From NCBI GenBank assembly GCA_038327925.1, contig JBBQLM010000020.1:9569-73568 (forward strand): a stretch of 64,000 bases of DNA, in the 5' to 3' direction. Origin of the DNA: Burkholderiales bacterium. GTDB lineage: Bacteria; Pseudomonadota; Gammaproteobacteria; Burkholderiales; Burkholderiaceae_C. Within the stretch, counting starts at the first letter, position 1. Each line of letters begins with the position of its first letter. The position numbers and the translations under genes are program-made. The notes under the pieces are model-generated. The model saw only the letters and a list, made by a program, of their open reading frames with translations. It made no database searches and was not told the DNA's origin. This document shows, one piece after another, positions 52,044 through 61,262 of this stretch.

Positions 52044-54131
52044 ATGGCCCTGGCCACCACCCAACCCGTCTTACCCGCAGCACCGGAGCGTCTCTCGCGC
52101 TGGCTGTGGCTGGCTACCACCACCTTGTCCGCCGTCTGCTTCGTGGCGCTGGTCCACACACCGGCCCGCGCACAGGACCGCGACGCCGCCCCGCGCCAGA
52201 AGACCGAGAGCCCTTACTTCTTCATCAAAAGCAATGACCCCGCGGTGGACCAGTTGCCGCTGAAGTCCACCCGGGTCGATGTGCGCGTCAGCGGCGTGAT
52301 TGCCGACGTCACCGTGGTGCAGACCTACAAGAACGAAGGCCAGCGCGCCATTGAGGCCAAGTACGTCTTCCCCGGCTCCACCCGCGCGGCGGTGCACGGC
52401 ATGAACGTGCGCCTGGCCGATCGCCTGATCACTGCCAAGATCCGCGAGAAGCAACAGGCCCGCATCGAGTACGACGCGGCCAAGAAGGAAGGCAAGACCG
52501 CCGCTCTGCTGGAGCAGCACCTGCCCAATGTATTCCAGATGAACGTGGCCAACATCCTGCCCGGCGACGACGTGAAGGTGGAGCTGCGCTACACCGAGCT
52601 GCTGGTGCCCACGGATGGCAACTACCAGTTCGTATTTCCCACCGTGGTCGGACCGCGCTACAACAGCCCGCAGAGTAGCCAGGCCAACGCCACCTGGGTG
52701 GCTCAGCCCTACCTGCCCAAGGGCCAGCAAACGCCCAGCAGTGCCGATGCGCCTGCCTTCGACATCCACGTCACGCTGAACACGCCCATCGCCGTCAAGG
52801 AAGTGCGCTCCAGCTCGCACGACATCAACAGTTTCCGCGAACAGGGCGGCACCACGGTCATTGGGCTCAAGCCCGGGGCCGAGCCGGCCAACAACCGCGA
52901 CTTCATCCTGGACTACCGCCTGGCCGGTGCGGCAATAGAGAGCGGCGTGATGCTCTACAAGGGCCAGGACGAGAACTTCTTCCTGGCCATGGTGGAGCCG
53001 CCCAAGGCCCCACCACCCACAGCCATCAGCCCGCGTGACTACATCTTTGTCGTGGACATTTCCGGCTCCATGCATGGCTTCCCGCTCGACACGGCCAAGA
53101 CCCTGCTGCGCGAGCTGATTGGCGGCCTGCGCCCCAGCGACACCTTCAACGTGTTGCTGTTCTCGGGCAGCAACCGCTTCCTCAATGCCCACTCGGTTCC
53201 GGCCAGCCGTGCCAATATCGAACAGGCGATCCGCACCATCGACCAGATGGGTGGTGGCGGGGGCACCGAGCTGATTCCGGCGCTCAAACGTGTCTACGCC
53301 GAGCCCAAGGCGGCCGACGTGTCGCGCAGCGTGGTGGTGGTGACCGACGGCTATGTGACCGTCGAGCGCGAGGCCTTTGAGCTGGTGCGCAACAACCTGT
53401 CCAAGGCCAATGTGTTTTCCTTTGGCATTGGCTCCAGCGTGAACCGCCACCTGATGGAAGGCCTGGCCCGCGCCGGCATGGGTGAGCCCTTCATCATCAC
53501 CAAGCCGGCCGAGGCCGCCGAGCAGGCCACCCGCTTTCGGAAAATGATTGATTCACCGGTGCTGACCAACGTGAAGCTGCGCTTTGACGGCATGGATGTC
53601 TACGACGTGGAACCGCGCAACCTGCCCGACCTGCTGGCCCAGCGCCCGGTCATCGTGTTCGGCAAATGGCGTGGCGAGGCCAAGGGCAAGCTGGTGCTGG
53701 AAGGCCAGGCAGCCAACGGCCCTCTGCAACTGAGCATGGATGTGAGCGCCAGTCGCGGCACCGATACCGCTGCCCTGCGCCACCTGTGGGCCCGCCACCG
53801 TATTGCGTCCCTGAGCGACCAGGAGTCGCTGGAGGGGGGCGACGCCTTCAGCAAGGCCATCACCGAGTTGGGCCTGAAATACAGCCTGCTCACGCAGTAC
53901 ACCAGCTTCCTCGCCGTGGACCAGGTGGTGCGCAATCTGGCGCCCGCAGACAGCACCAGCGTGAACCAGCCCAGCCCCCTGCCGCAGGGTGTGGAGAACA
54001 CTGCGCTGGGTGCCGAAGTGCCCAGCACGCCCGAGCCCGCCACCTGGGGCGCGATGCTGGTCACGCTGTCGGTGCTGGCCATGCTGGCCACCCGCCGCCG
54101 CCGTGCCCGTAGCGAACACTTCACGAGTTGA
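52044..54131 (+). CDS. VIT + von Willebrand factor A domain protein with PEP-CTERM sorting signal
   Basis: ORF 51885..54131, start moved to ATG 52044 (SD GGAGGA; MALATTQPVLPAAPERLSRWLWLATTTLSAVCFVALV). VIT-like N-region (...LKSTRVDVRVSGVIADVTVVQTYKNEG...AKYVFP). vWA MIDAS motif (FVVDISGSM). C-terminus VPSTPEPATWGAMLVTLSVLAMLATRRRRARS gives PEP, a TM segment and an Arg cluster (54018-54128). Confidence 0.85.
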   Translation: MALATTQPVLPAAPERLSRWLWLATTTLSAVCFVALVHTPARAQDRDAAPRQKTESPYFFIKSNDPAVDQLPLKSTRVDVRVSGVIADVTVVQTYKNEGQRAIEAKYVFPGSTRAAVHGMNVRLADRLITAKIREKQQARIEYDAAKKEGKTAALLEQHLPNVFQMNVANILPGDDVKVELRYTELLVPTDGNYQFVFPTVVGPRYNSPQSSQANATWVAQPYLPKGQQTPSSADAPAFDIHVTLNTPIAVKEVRSSSHDINSFREQGGTTVIGLKPGAEPANNRDFILDYRLAGAAIESGVMLYKGQDENFFLAMVEPPKAPPPTAISPRDYIFVVDISGSMHGFPLDTAKTLLRELIGGLRPSDTFNVLLFSGSNRFLNAHSVPASRANIEQAIRTIDQMGGGGGTELIPALKRVYAEPKAADVSRSVVVVTDGYVTVEREAFELVRNNLSKANVFSFGIGSSVNRHLMEGLARAGMGEPFIITKPAEAAEQATRFRKMIDSPVLTNVKLRFDGMDVYDVEPRNLPDLLAQRPVIVFGKWRGEAKGKLVLEGQAANGPLQLSMDVSASRGTDTAALRHLWARHRIASLSDQESLEGGDAFSKAITELGLKYSLLTQYTSFLAVDQVVRNLAPADSTSVNQPSPLPQGVENTALGAEVPSTPEPATWGAMLVTLSVLAMLATRRRRARSEHFTS

Positions 54132-54967
54132 TCATGGCGCTGCCCCGCTTATTGCAGATGCCGCGCTTTGTGCGCTTCGGCATCGCCATCGACACTGCCC
54201 CCGAGTGGCGCTGGCTGGCCCTGCTGACGGTCGCGCTGTGGCCCACCTGGTGGTGGATGGGCCAGCGCATGGTCGATGGCTCTGACGACCCGCTGGGTGT
54301 GCTGGCCCTGGCCGCCCTGGGTGGGCTGCTGTGGCAGCAACGCCAGCGCCTGCGTGCCGCACCGCGCCTGGGCTTCCAGGTAGTTGCCCTGACAGGCGCG
54401 GTGCTGACCACATCACTGCACGGCCATGTGCCTGACCTGCTGGGCGCACTGGTGGGCGTGCTGTCACTCGCCGCCGGCCTGATTGCCTTTCTGCCAGCAC
54501 GGGTGGCCACCGCGCCGGTGTGGGGCCTGTCGGTGCTGTCGCTGCCGCTGCTGGCATCGCTGCAGTTCTACGCCGGCTTTCCACTGCGGGTGGTCACGGC
54601 CGAGGCCAGCCGCTGGCTGCTGTCGCTGGCCCACACCGTGGAGCGCAGCGGCAGCGCGCTGGTGGTCGACGGCCAGCTCATCATCGTGGATGCGCCCTGC
54701 TCCGGCGTGCAAATGGTGTGGCTGGGCTACTTCACCGCCTGCGTGGTGGCCCTGGCTACCGACCGTGACAACCGCGCCTTCCTGCTGCGCCTGCCCGTCG
54801 TGGGCGTGTTGGTGCTGCTGGGCAATGTGCTGCGTAACACCGTGCTGGTGGCCGCACAGGCATCCAGCGCACCCCTGCCAGGCTGGGGCCATGACGCCGT
54901 TGGCCTGCTGGTGCTGGCCGCCGTCTGCACCGGCATCGCCTGGACCATGGCCCGCCATACCCGTTGA
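54128..54967 (+). CDS. Exosortase (exosortase/archaeosortase family transpeptidase)
   Basis: TTG 54128 (overlapping the upstream stop) or ATG 54134. Polytopic membrane protein with signature residues: Cys in VDAPCSGVQM, Arg in LGNVLRNTV, His in GWGHDAVG. Confidence 0.85.
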   Translation: MIMALPRLLQMPRFVRFGIAIDTAPEWRWLALLTVALWPTWWWMGQRMVDGSDDPLGVLALAALGGLLWQQRQRLRAAPRLGFQVVALTGAVLTTSLHGHVPDLLGALVGVLSLAAGLIAFLPARVATAPVWGLSVLSLPLLASLQFYAGFPLRVVTAEASRWLLSLAHTVERSGSALVVDGQLIIVDAPCSGVQMVWLGYFTACVVALATDRDNRAFLLRLPVVGVLVLLGNVLRNTVLVAAQASSAPLPGWGHDAVGLLVLAAVCTGIAWTMARHTR

Positions 54968-55551
54968 ACCTTCAATCCGCCATGAAACTCTTAGAGAACC
55001 GCTTTCTGAACCGTGTGCTGCACAAGACCCTGTGGGCCACGCTGCTGCCGCTGTGCGCGCTGGCCGGAATGGCGCACAGTGTGATGGACCACCGCCGCGC
55101 AGCCAACGACGCGGACAACCGCGCGCCGGCTGCACAAGCCGCCGAGCTGCCCGGTCAGTGGCGCGGCGCACCGCTGCGCCCGCTGGCACTCAGCGAGGTG
55201 GAGCTGCGCTTTGCCGCCCACTTCCCTGGAACCGTGTCGCGCATGACCGATGGCCGCCAGGTGCTGGTGCTGCGCACCGTCAACCAGCCGACCCGCATGC
55301 TGCACCCGGCCACCGACTGCTACCGTGGCCTGGGCTACCGCATCCGCAACGAACAACTGGAAGTGCAGGCCGACCACGCGCGCTGGCGCTGTTTTGTGGC
55401 CCAGCGTGGTGCGCGCCAGGTGCGGGTCTGCGAGCAGATTGAGGACGCCCAGGGCCAGGGCTTTACCGATGCCTCCGCCTGGTACTGGGCCGCGCTGGCC
55501 GGCCAGTCGCGCGGTCCGTGGAAGGCCACCACCGTGGCCACCGTGCTGTGA
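54964..55551 (+). CDS. Exosortase-associated EpsI-family-like protein
   Basis: TTG 54964 (overlapping the upstream stop) or ATG 54982. Has an N-terminal TM segment. The motif HPATDCYRGLGY resembles the EpsI H-[ST]-P-x-x-C-x-x-G-x-G-W motif. Confidence 0.6.
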   Translation: MNLQSAMKLLENRFLNRVLHKTLWATLLPLCALAGMAHSVMDHRRAANDADNRAPAAQAAELPGQWRGAPLRPLALSEVELRFAAHFPGTVSRMTDGRQVLVLRTVNQPTRMLHPATDCYRGLGYRIRNEQLEVQADHARWRCFVAQRGARQVRVCEQIEDAQGQGFTDASAWYWAALAGQSRGPWKATTVATVL

Positions 55552-56780
55552 CCCGCGCCGCCACACTCCACGCCCTGCGCAGAGTGGCCTATTGGCTGGG
55601 CGTGGTCAGCGCGGCCAGCCTGTGCGCCGTGCTGGCGCTGCTGCTGGTCGCACGCGAAGCCCTTCGCCCCGCACCCGATGCGTGGGCCACGACGCTGCCC
55701 ATCGGCCCGATGAAGGTCGAGATCGGCGTGCCGTCGCTGATCTGGCTGGCCACCACACCCTGGCTGGCGCAGCGGCTGGACGGCTACACCCTGCCCTCGC
55801 GCATGGGCCCGCTGCACCTGGGCTGGAGCGCGGCGGAGCAGGCGCTGACCCTGCAATGCCAGCCCTGCAGTGTGCGCAACGCCAGCTGGGGTGGTCAGGC
55901 TCTGCAACTGGCGGCGGTGCGCGTGAGCGTGCGCCGCGAAGGCATGGCCCTGCAGGGCAGCCTGGTGTCCGGCGCGCTGCATGCCACCTGGCGCGGGCAG
56001 CTCACGCACAACCGGCTGCTGCTTGACCTGGACCTGCCACCCAGCCCGATCCGCGACGGCTATGCGCTGTTTGCTGCCTCTATCCCGGAGCTGGCCACGG
56101 CGCAAATCGACGGCAGCTTTGCGCTGCGCGCCCGCCTGGATCTGCCGTCGCGCGTGCTCTCGCTGCGGCCCCGCGTGGAGGGCATGGCGGTGCAGGGGCT
56201 GGGCACCGACCAGTGGACCCATGCCCGCAGCGTCTGCAGCCGCAACCTGACGCCCGTGCAGGCCGCAGCCCTGCCCGGCCCCAGCAGCCTGCTGGCGCGC
56301 GCAGTGATTGCCGCCGAGGACCAGCGCTTCTTTGAACACCCCGGTTTTGATCTGGTGGAGATGACGCAGGCCCTGCACAGCAACCAACGCGCCGAGCCGG
56401 CGCTGCGCGGGGCCAGCACGCTGTCACAGCAGGTGGCCAAGTTGCTAGTCACCGGCGGCGAACGCTCACCGGTGCGCAAGCTGCGCGAGTTGCTCTACGC
56501 GGTGGAGATGGAGCAGACGCTGGGCAAGGCCCGCATCCTGCGCCTGTACCTGGAGAACGCGCCCTGGGGCGCCACGGTTTGCGGCGCGCAGGCTGCGGCC
56601 CACACCTACTTTGGCAAACGCGCCGATCGGCTCACATCCACCGAGGCCCTCTGGCTGGCCGCGATGCTACACAACCCCGCCTTGGAGGCGCGACGCTGGG
56701 CGGCCACCGGCCAGATCAATGAGCAGCGGGTGCGCTGGGTGGCCCGCAGCATGCCGCGCCGGCTCTTAATCTCGCGCTAA
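55548..56780 (+). CDS. GT51 peptidoglycan glycosyltransferase domain protein with ~230-aa N-terminal extension
   Basis: ORF from 55518; GTG 55548 overlaps the upstream stop (GTGA). Has a TM segment (VAYWLGVVSAASLCAVLALLLV). The C-terminal GT51 motifs are AVIAAEDQRFFEHPGFD, GASTLSQQVAKLL and RKLRELLYAVEMEQTLGKARILRLYLENAPWG. Confidence 0.8.
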   Translation: MTRAATLHALRRVAYWLGVVSAASLCAVLALLLVAREALRPAPDAWATTLPIGPMKVEIGVPSLIWLATTPWLAQRLDGYTLPSRMGPLHLGWSAAEQALTLQCQPCSVRNASWGGQALQLAAVRVSVRREGMALQGSLVSGALHATWRGQLTHNRLLLDLDLPPSPIRDGYALFAASIPELATAQIDGSFALRARLDLPSRVLSLRPRVEGMAVQGLGTDQWTHARSVCSRNLTPVQAAALPGPSSLLARAVIAAEDQRFFEHPGFDLVEMTQALHSNQRAEPALRGASTLSQQVAKLLVTGGERSPVRKLRELLYAVEMEQTLGKARILRLYLENAPWGATVCGAQAAAHTYFGKRADRLTSTEALWLAAMLHNPALEARRWAATGQINEQRVRWVARSMPRRLLISR

Positions 56781-56850
56781 GACTGGCTTCCTACCATTCA
56801 CTCCAACACGTCGTCGATGCGTTCCATCGATTCACTCAGGAGGTTCCGTC

Positions 56851-57687
56851 ATGCCAAAGAAAAGTCCCTTGTCCGCACTGCTGGTCAGTGTCTTCGCATT
56901 GTCCCTGTCCACGGCTGTGCTCGCCGACGACGACAACGGTCGTGACCACAACGAGTCCGGAGACGAGATCAGCGAGCATGGTGCCAACGGCGTAGATCTG
57001 GACCATGTCGCCACACAGGTTGGGGGCACGTCCACCCGCGTGAGCACCCGCAGCGACGGCAGCTATGAGGTCACGCTCGCTACTGGCTCGGTGGTACTCG
57101 TCAAGCCCACGGGCAACACACGCATTCACACACGCCGCACGGGCGTCAACTCGGCGGATGTTGATAGCGATGGGCATCTGCATCTGCAAACTGCCGACGG
57201 CTACGAAATGACGGTTGAATCCGCGCCGCACAATGAATCTGAAACCCACCACATTCTGGGACAAAACGGCCTGAGCAATGTGACGACCACCGGAGGCCGG
57301 GTCACTGGCACCCGACGCGACGGCTCACAGGTCAGCCTGGAAGCCGACTACGGGGTGAGCCGCAACGCAACATCCGGTGCCGTGCGCTACCAGGAGAACG
57401 AAACCGGCGTGGATATCGACTACGCCGACGGCACACGCCAGCGCTTCCATGGCGCAGCTGTTGACACCACCCAGTTGCGCACCAGCGCCCAATCCATGGG
57501 CTACACCGTCACCTTCAACAGCGATGGCAGCGCCAGCGCACGTTCCAGCAGCGTGAACTGCACGGTCAGGCTATCGCCCACCCTCACGCAGGGGCTCGCC
57601 CCTCAACCCGGCCTGCGCGTGCAGAACGGCCGGGTCATCATGCAATACCAAAGCGGACAGGAGCAGGAAGTCATCGTCGTGCAATAA
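56851..57687 (+). CDS. Secreted hypothetical protein
   Basis: SD AGGAGG upstream. Signal MPKKSPLSALLVSVFALSLSTAVLADD. Rich in Thr/Ser/Gly/Asp. No family recognised. Confidence 0.6.
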   Translation: MPKKSPLSALLVSVFALSLSTAVLADDDNGRDHNESGDEISEHGANGVDLDHVATQVGGTSTRVSTRSDGSYEVTLATGSVVLVKPTGNTRIHTRRTGVNSADVDSDGHLHLQTADGYEMTVESAPHNESETHHILGQNGLSNVTTTGGRVTGTRRDGSQVSLEADYGVSRNATSGAVRYQENETGVDIDYADGTRQRFHGAAVDTTQLRTSAQSMGYTVTFNSDGSASARSSSVNCTVRLSPTLTQGLAPQPGLRVQNGRVIMQYQSGQEQEVIVVQ

Positions 57688-57704
57688 GTCTCGACGCGCC
57701 CGCC

Positions 57705-58559
57705 TCAATCCACAAAGAAGTCGGGCAAGAAGTTGGTGTTGCCGGGTGTCACGGCATAGCGGTCCAGATCGGTGACGCCGTGCGCGGCCAGCACGGTGTC
57801 ATCGATGTAGAAATTGCCGGTCTCGAAGCTGCTGCTGGTCAGCACGCAGTAGGCGGCATCGGCCATGATCTCGGGTGTGCGGCACAGCGCCAAGTCCACA
57901 CCGGGAATCATCTGCATGGCGGCGGTCGCAATCGCTGTGCGAGGCCACAGGCTGTTGACGGCGATGCCCAGTTTTTTGAATTCACCCGCATGGCCCAGCG
58001 TACACATGCTCATGCCGTACTTGGCCATGGTGTAGGCGGTGTGCGGCGCAAACCAATGCGTCTTCATCGACAGCGGCGGTGACAGCGTCAGCACCTGGGG
58101 GTTGCGCCCGGCGGCGGCCGACTTCTTGAGCTCGGACAGGCAGGTCGCCGTGCACAGGTAAGTGCCACGGGCGTTGATGCCATTCATCAGATCGAAGCGC
58201 TTCATCGGTGTGGCTTCGGTGTTGGTCAGGCTGATGGCGCTGGCGTTGTTGACCAGGATGTCGATACCACCAAAGGTCTGCACCGCCTTGTCCACCGCCG
58301 CGAACACCGCGTCATCGTCGCGGATGTCCACCGCCAACGGCAGCGCCTTGCCGCCAGCGGCTTCAATCTCTTTTGCTGCGCTGTAGATGGTGCCGGGCAG
58401 CTTGGGATTGGGGTCCGTGGTCTTGGCCAGGATGACGATGTTGGCACCGTCCGCCGCCGCACGCTTGGCAATGGCCAGGCCAATGCCGCGCGAGGCGCCG
58501 GTGATGAACAGGGTCTTGCCCTGCAGGGTGCGGGCGGTGGATGCAGAAGCGGTTGTCAT
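57705..58559 (-). CDS. SDR-family oxidoreductase
   Basis: 284 aa. TGASRGIG motif and YxxxK (YTMAKYG). Confidence 0.85.
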   Translation of the reverse strand: MTTASASTARTLQGKTLFITGASRGIGLAIAKRAAADGANIVILAKTTDPNPKLPGTIYSAAKEIEAAGGKALPLAVDIRDDDAVFAAVDKAVQTFGGIDILVNNASAISLTNTEATPMKRFDLMNGINARGTYLCTATCLSELKKSAAAGRNPQVLTLSPPLSMKTHWFAPHTAYTMAKYGMSMCTLGHAGEFKKLGIAVNSLWPRTAIATAAMQMIPGVDLALCRTPEIMADAAYCVLTSSSFETGNFYIDDTVLAAHGVTDLDRYAVTPGNTNFLPDFFVD

Positions 58560-58590
58560 GGTGTCTCCTGGGTCAGGGTGGGCGTGGATT

Positions 58591-58646
58591 TGCTACTCTT
58601 TTGGTAGCTATACACGTAATATCGACGAGGGCTAGAGGCCTATTTG
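58591..58646 (+). repeat. REP-like repeat, copy 9
   Basis: tgctactcttttggtagctatacacgtaatatcgacgagggctagaggcctatttg. Confidence 0.8.
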
Positions 58647-58651
58647 ATCCA

Positions 58652-59416
58652 TCATGTCTTGGTAAAATCCGGTTTTCGCTTCTCCAGAAAGGCGGTAAAC
58701 GCCTCCTTGGCGGCCGGCTCCTGCAACAGGCGGGCAAAGCTGGCGCCCTCCTCGGCCATCTGCGCCAGCACCTGGGCCATCTGGCCCTTCTTCATCAGGC
58801 GTTTGGTCTCCACCAGCGAACCCAGCGGCTTGGCCGCGAGCTTGCGCGCCTGGGCCTGGGCCACGGCATTGGCTTCGGTGGGTGGCACGATGCGGTTGAC
58901 CAGGCCCACTTCCAGCGCGGCCTCGGCCATGAAGGGTTCGCCCAGCAGCAGGGCTTCGGCGGCACGGTGGTAACCCATCATCTGCGGCACCAGCAGGCTG
59001 GACGCGGCTTCCGGGCACAGACCCAGGTTCACAAAGGGCATGGAGAAGGCCGCGTTGTCACCGGCATAGACCAGGTCGCAGTGGAACAGCAGCGTGGTGC
59101 CAATGCCCACGGCCGGCCCGCACACAGCGGCGATGATGGGTTTGGGGTGCTGGGCAATGGCGTGCAGGAAGCCAAACACGGGCGACTCCTGCGTGGCCGG
59201 TTTGCGCTGCAAAAAGTCGCCAATGTCGTTGCCGGCGCTGAACACGGTGATGTCACCCTGGATGACGGTGACGCGAATGGCCGGGTCATTCTTGGCCTGC
59301 TCCAGACCTTCGGCCATGGCGGCGTACATGGCCGGCGTGAAGGAGTTCTTCTTGTCCAGGCGGTTGATGGTCAGCGTGAGCACGCCATCGGCGATGTGGG
59401 TCAGGATGTCTTGCAT
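58652..59416 (-). CDS. Enoyl-CoA hydratase/isomerase (crotonase) family protein
   Basis: 254 aa. ...VFSAGNDIGDF..., ...KPIIAAVCGPAVGIGTTLLFHCDLVYA.... Confidence 0.85.
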   Translation of the reverse strand: MQDILTHIADGVLTLTINRLDKKNSFTPAMYAAMAEGLEQAKNDPAIRVTVIQGDITVFSAGNDIGDFLQRKPATQESPVFGFLHAIAQHPKPIIAAVCGPAVGIGTTLLFHCDLVYAGDNAAFSMPFVNLGLCPEAASSLLVPQMMGYHRAAEALLLGEPFMAEAALEVGLVNRIVPPTEANAVAQAQARKLAAKPLGSLVETKRLMKKGQMAQVLAQMAEEGASFARLLQEPAAKEAFTAFLEKRKPDFTKT

Positions 59417-59447
59417 GGGGTGTCTCCTCAGACAGTGGTTGGAATGT

Positions 59448-60254
59448 TCAGTTCTTGTAGTACACGACCTGGTGCGTGGTCACCAGCAGCACGCCGGCCT
59501 CGTTCCACAACTGCGCCGTGTGGTCGAAGTAGCCGTTGCGAAACGCTTGCGCGCGTGCCTGGGCCAGCAGGTAGCTGGTGCCGCTGGCTTGTAGTTGCGC
59601 GCTGTCGGCGTGGAAGTACACGGTCAGCGTCACGGTGCCCACCGGCACCAGCGTGGCGCGGCGCACAAACACGCGCGGGAAGAACACGTCCGACAGCGCG
59701 GTCAGCGAGGCAAAGTCCAGCGGACGCGGCGGGTTGTCGCGCACCCACAGTTGCGTCAGGCTGGTGTCGCCGCTGCCGTCCCAGACCTGCGGCATCTTGC
59801 CGGCGATGGGGCGCATGTCGTACTGCTTGAGCCACTCCATGGGCATGGGGCCCTCGCCGTGGGGCACCTGCTGTGGTGATGCAACCGTGGGCATGGCCTC
59901 CTCGTCCAGGCTCCAGGTCTCGCGGCGCAGCGCGGTGAAGGCGGTGCCGGTCAGCACGGTCTCGCCGGCCTGCAGCACCTCGATGATCCAGTGCTGCGTG
60001 GAGCGGTTGGTGCGCGCCGCGCGGGCCTGCACCGTGAACGGCCCATGCGCCAACGCGGCGGCAAAGTTGACGGTCAGCGACACCGGCTCGCCCAGACGAT
60101 CCGGGTGCAGCAGCACCGCGTTCATCATCTGCGCCGCGCTGATGCCGCCATAGGGGCCGACCATGTTGGCATAGGCTGCGCTGGTGTGGCCGGCAAAGCT
60201 GCCATCGGCCTGTCGCTCCAGGGCAATGGCCTGGTCGAATGCGTGTGGGTTCAT
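59448..60254 (-). CDS. Acyl-CoA thioesterase (TesB-like double hotdog)
   Basis: ORF 59448..60308, start moved to ATG 60254, which overlaps the stop of the upstream gene (ATGA). ...NMVGPYGGISAAQMM.... Confidence 0.75.
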   Translation of the reverse strand: MNPHAFDQAIALERQADGSFAGHTSAAYANMVGPYGGISAAQMMNAVLLHPDRLGEPVSLTVNFAAALAHGPFTVQARAARTNRSTQHWIIEVLQAGETVLTGTAFTALRRETWSLDEEAMPTVASPQQVPHGEGPMPMEWLKQYDMRPIAGKMPQVWDGSGDTSLTQLWVRDNPPRPLDFASLTALSDVFFPRVFVRRATLVPVGTVTLTVYFHADSAQLQASGTSYLLAQARAQAFRNGYFDHTAQLWNEAGVLLVTTHQVVYYKN

Positions 60255-61159
60255 GTTGTCGGTACCTCGTGGGGTAGGTTGTGCAGGTAGTGCGCCAGGC
60301 GCGGCCACAGGCCGCTGGCGTGTTCGCGCCGGAAGGCGCCTAGATGGCCGATGCGGCGCACGCCCACGTCCTGCGGGGCGACGCGCTGCATGCGCCGGGG
60401 GGCGTTGGCGTACAGGTTCATCAGGCTCAGGATGCCGGCCTCGGTCATCATTTCGTCGTCCTGGATGGAGAGCGACAGTACCGGGAACCGGGCCTTTTCA
60501 TACGACTGGCGCACAGCGCCGCCCTCAGCACCGGCGCTGTACTGCGGGTGCAGGCACCACTTGCGCCACTGGCGGATCACGCCATTGGGCAGGTCGCCCA
60601 CGGCACCCAGGCGTTTGCCCGGAAAGTAGCCAAACAGGCGCGTGGTCACCGGCACCAGGAAGTACCACATGAAGGGCACGCGCCGACGTAAGCGTGGTGC
60701 GTTCTGCTTCCAATAGCCGCTGCCCCCGGCCACGCCCAGCAGGCCGCTGACCTTGTGTCCATTGCGCAGCATGCCCGGCAATTGCGCACCCAGGCTGTGC
60801 CCGATCAGGTACAGCGGCGCGCCCGGCTGCAAGGCGGCGGCCCAATCGACCACGGCCTCGTAGTCGCGGGCCCAATCGAACAGGTTGGCCTGGAAGCCCC
60901 GCAGCCCCTGGTGCGGCGTGGTCGGCAACGAGGCGCCGGAGCCCCGGTAGTCGAAGGTGACCACCTGCCAGCCCTGGCCCGCCAGCCAGCGGGCAAAGTC
61001 GGCGTAGTAGGCCTGGGGCACGCCCATGGCGGCACCGATGACCACGGTGCCGTGGGTCGCATCGGCCGCCGCAAAGTGGCGCACCTGGACCTGGCCGGCG
61101 CCTTCGCTCGTGAGTGCCTGCGCCGTCTCCGCAACCTCGGCGCTGCGCTGTGTTGTCAT
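60251..61159 (-). CDS. Alpha/beta-fold hydrolase
   Basis: ORF 60251..61189 (GTG); ATG 61159 preferred. The nucleophile elbow is GHSLG. Confidence 0.75.
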   Translation of the reverse strand: MTTQRSAEVAETAQALTSEGAGQVQVRHFAAADATHGTVVIGAAMGVPQAYYADFARWLAGQGWQVVTFDYRGSGASLPTTPHQGLRGFQANLFDWARDYEAVVDWAAALQPGAPLYLIGHSLGAQLPGMLRNGHKVSGLLGVAGGSGYWKQNAPRLRRRVPFMWYFLVPVTTRLFGYFPGKRLGAVGDLPNGVIRQWRKWCLHPQYSAGAEGGAVRQSYEKARFPVLSLSIQDDEMMTEAGILSLMNLYANAPRRMQRVAPQDVGVRRIGHLGAFRREHASGLWPRLAHYLHNLPHEVPTT

Positions 61160-61262
61160 AGCCCTCGCTCCATGAAAAGTGGCCCCCACGCTCCACCGCT
61201 ACGCGGGTCGCTGCCCGGCGATGAAAAAAGCCACCCGCAGGTGGCTTGCTGTGAATGCGTGC

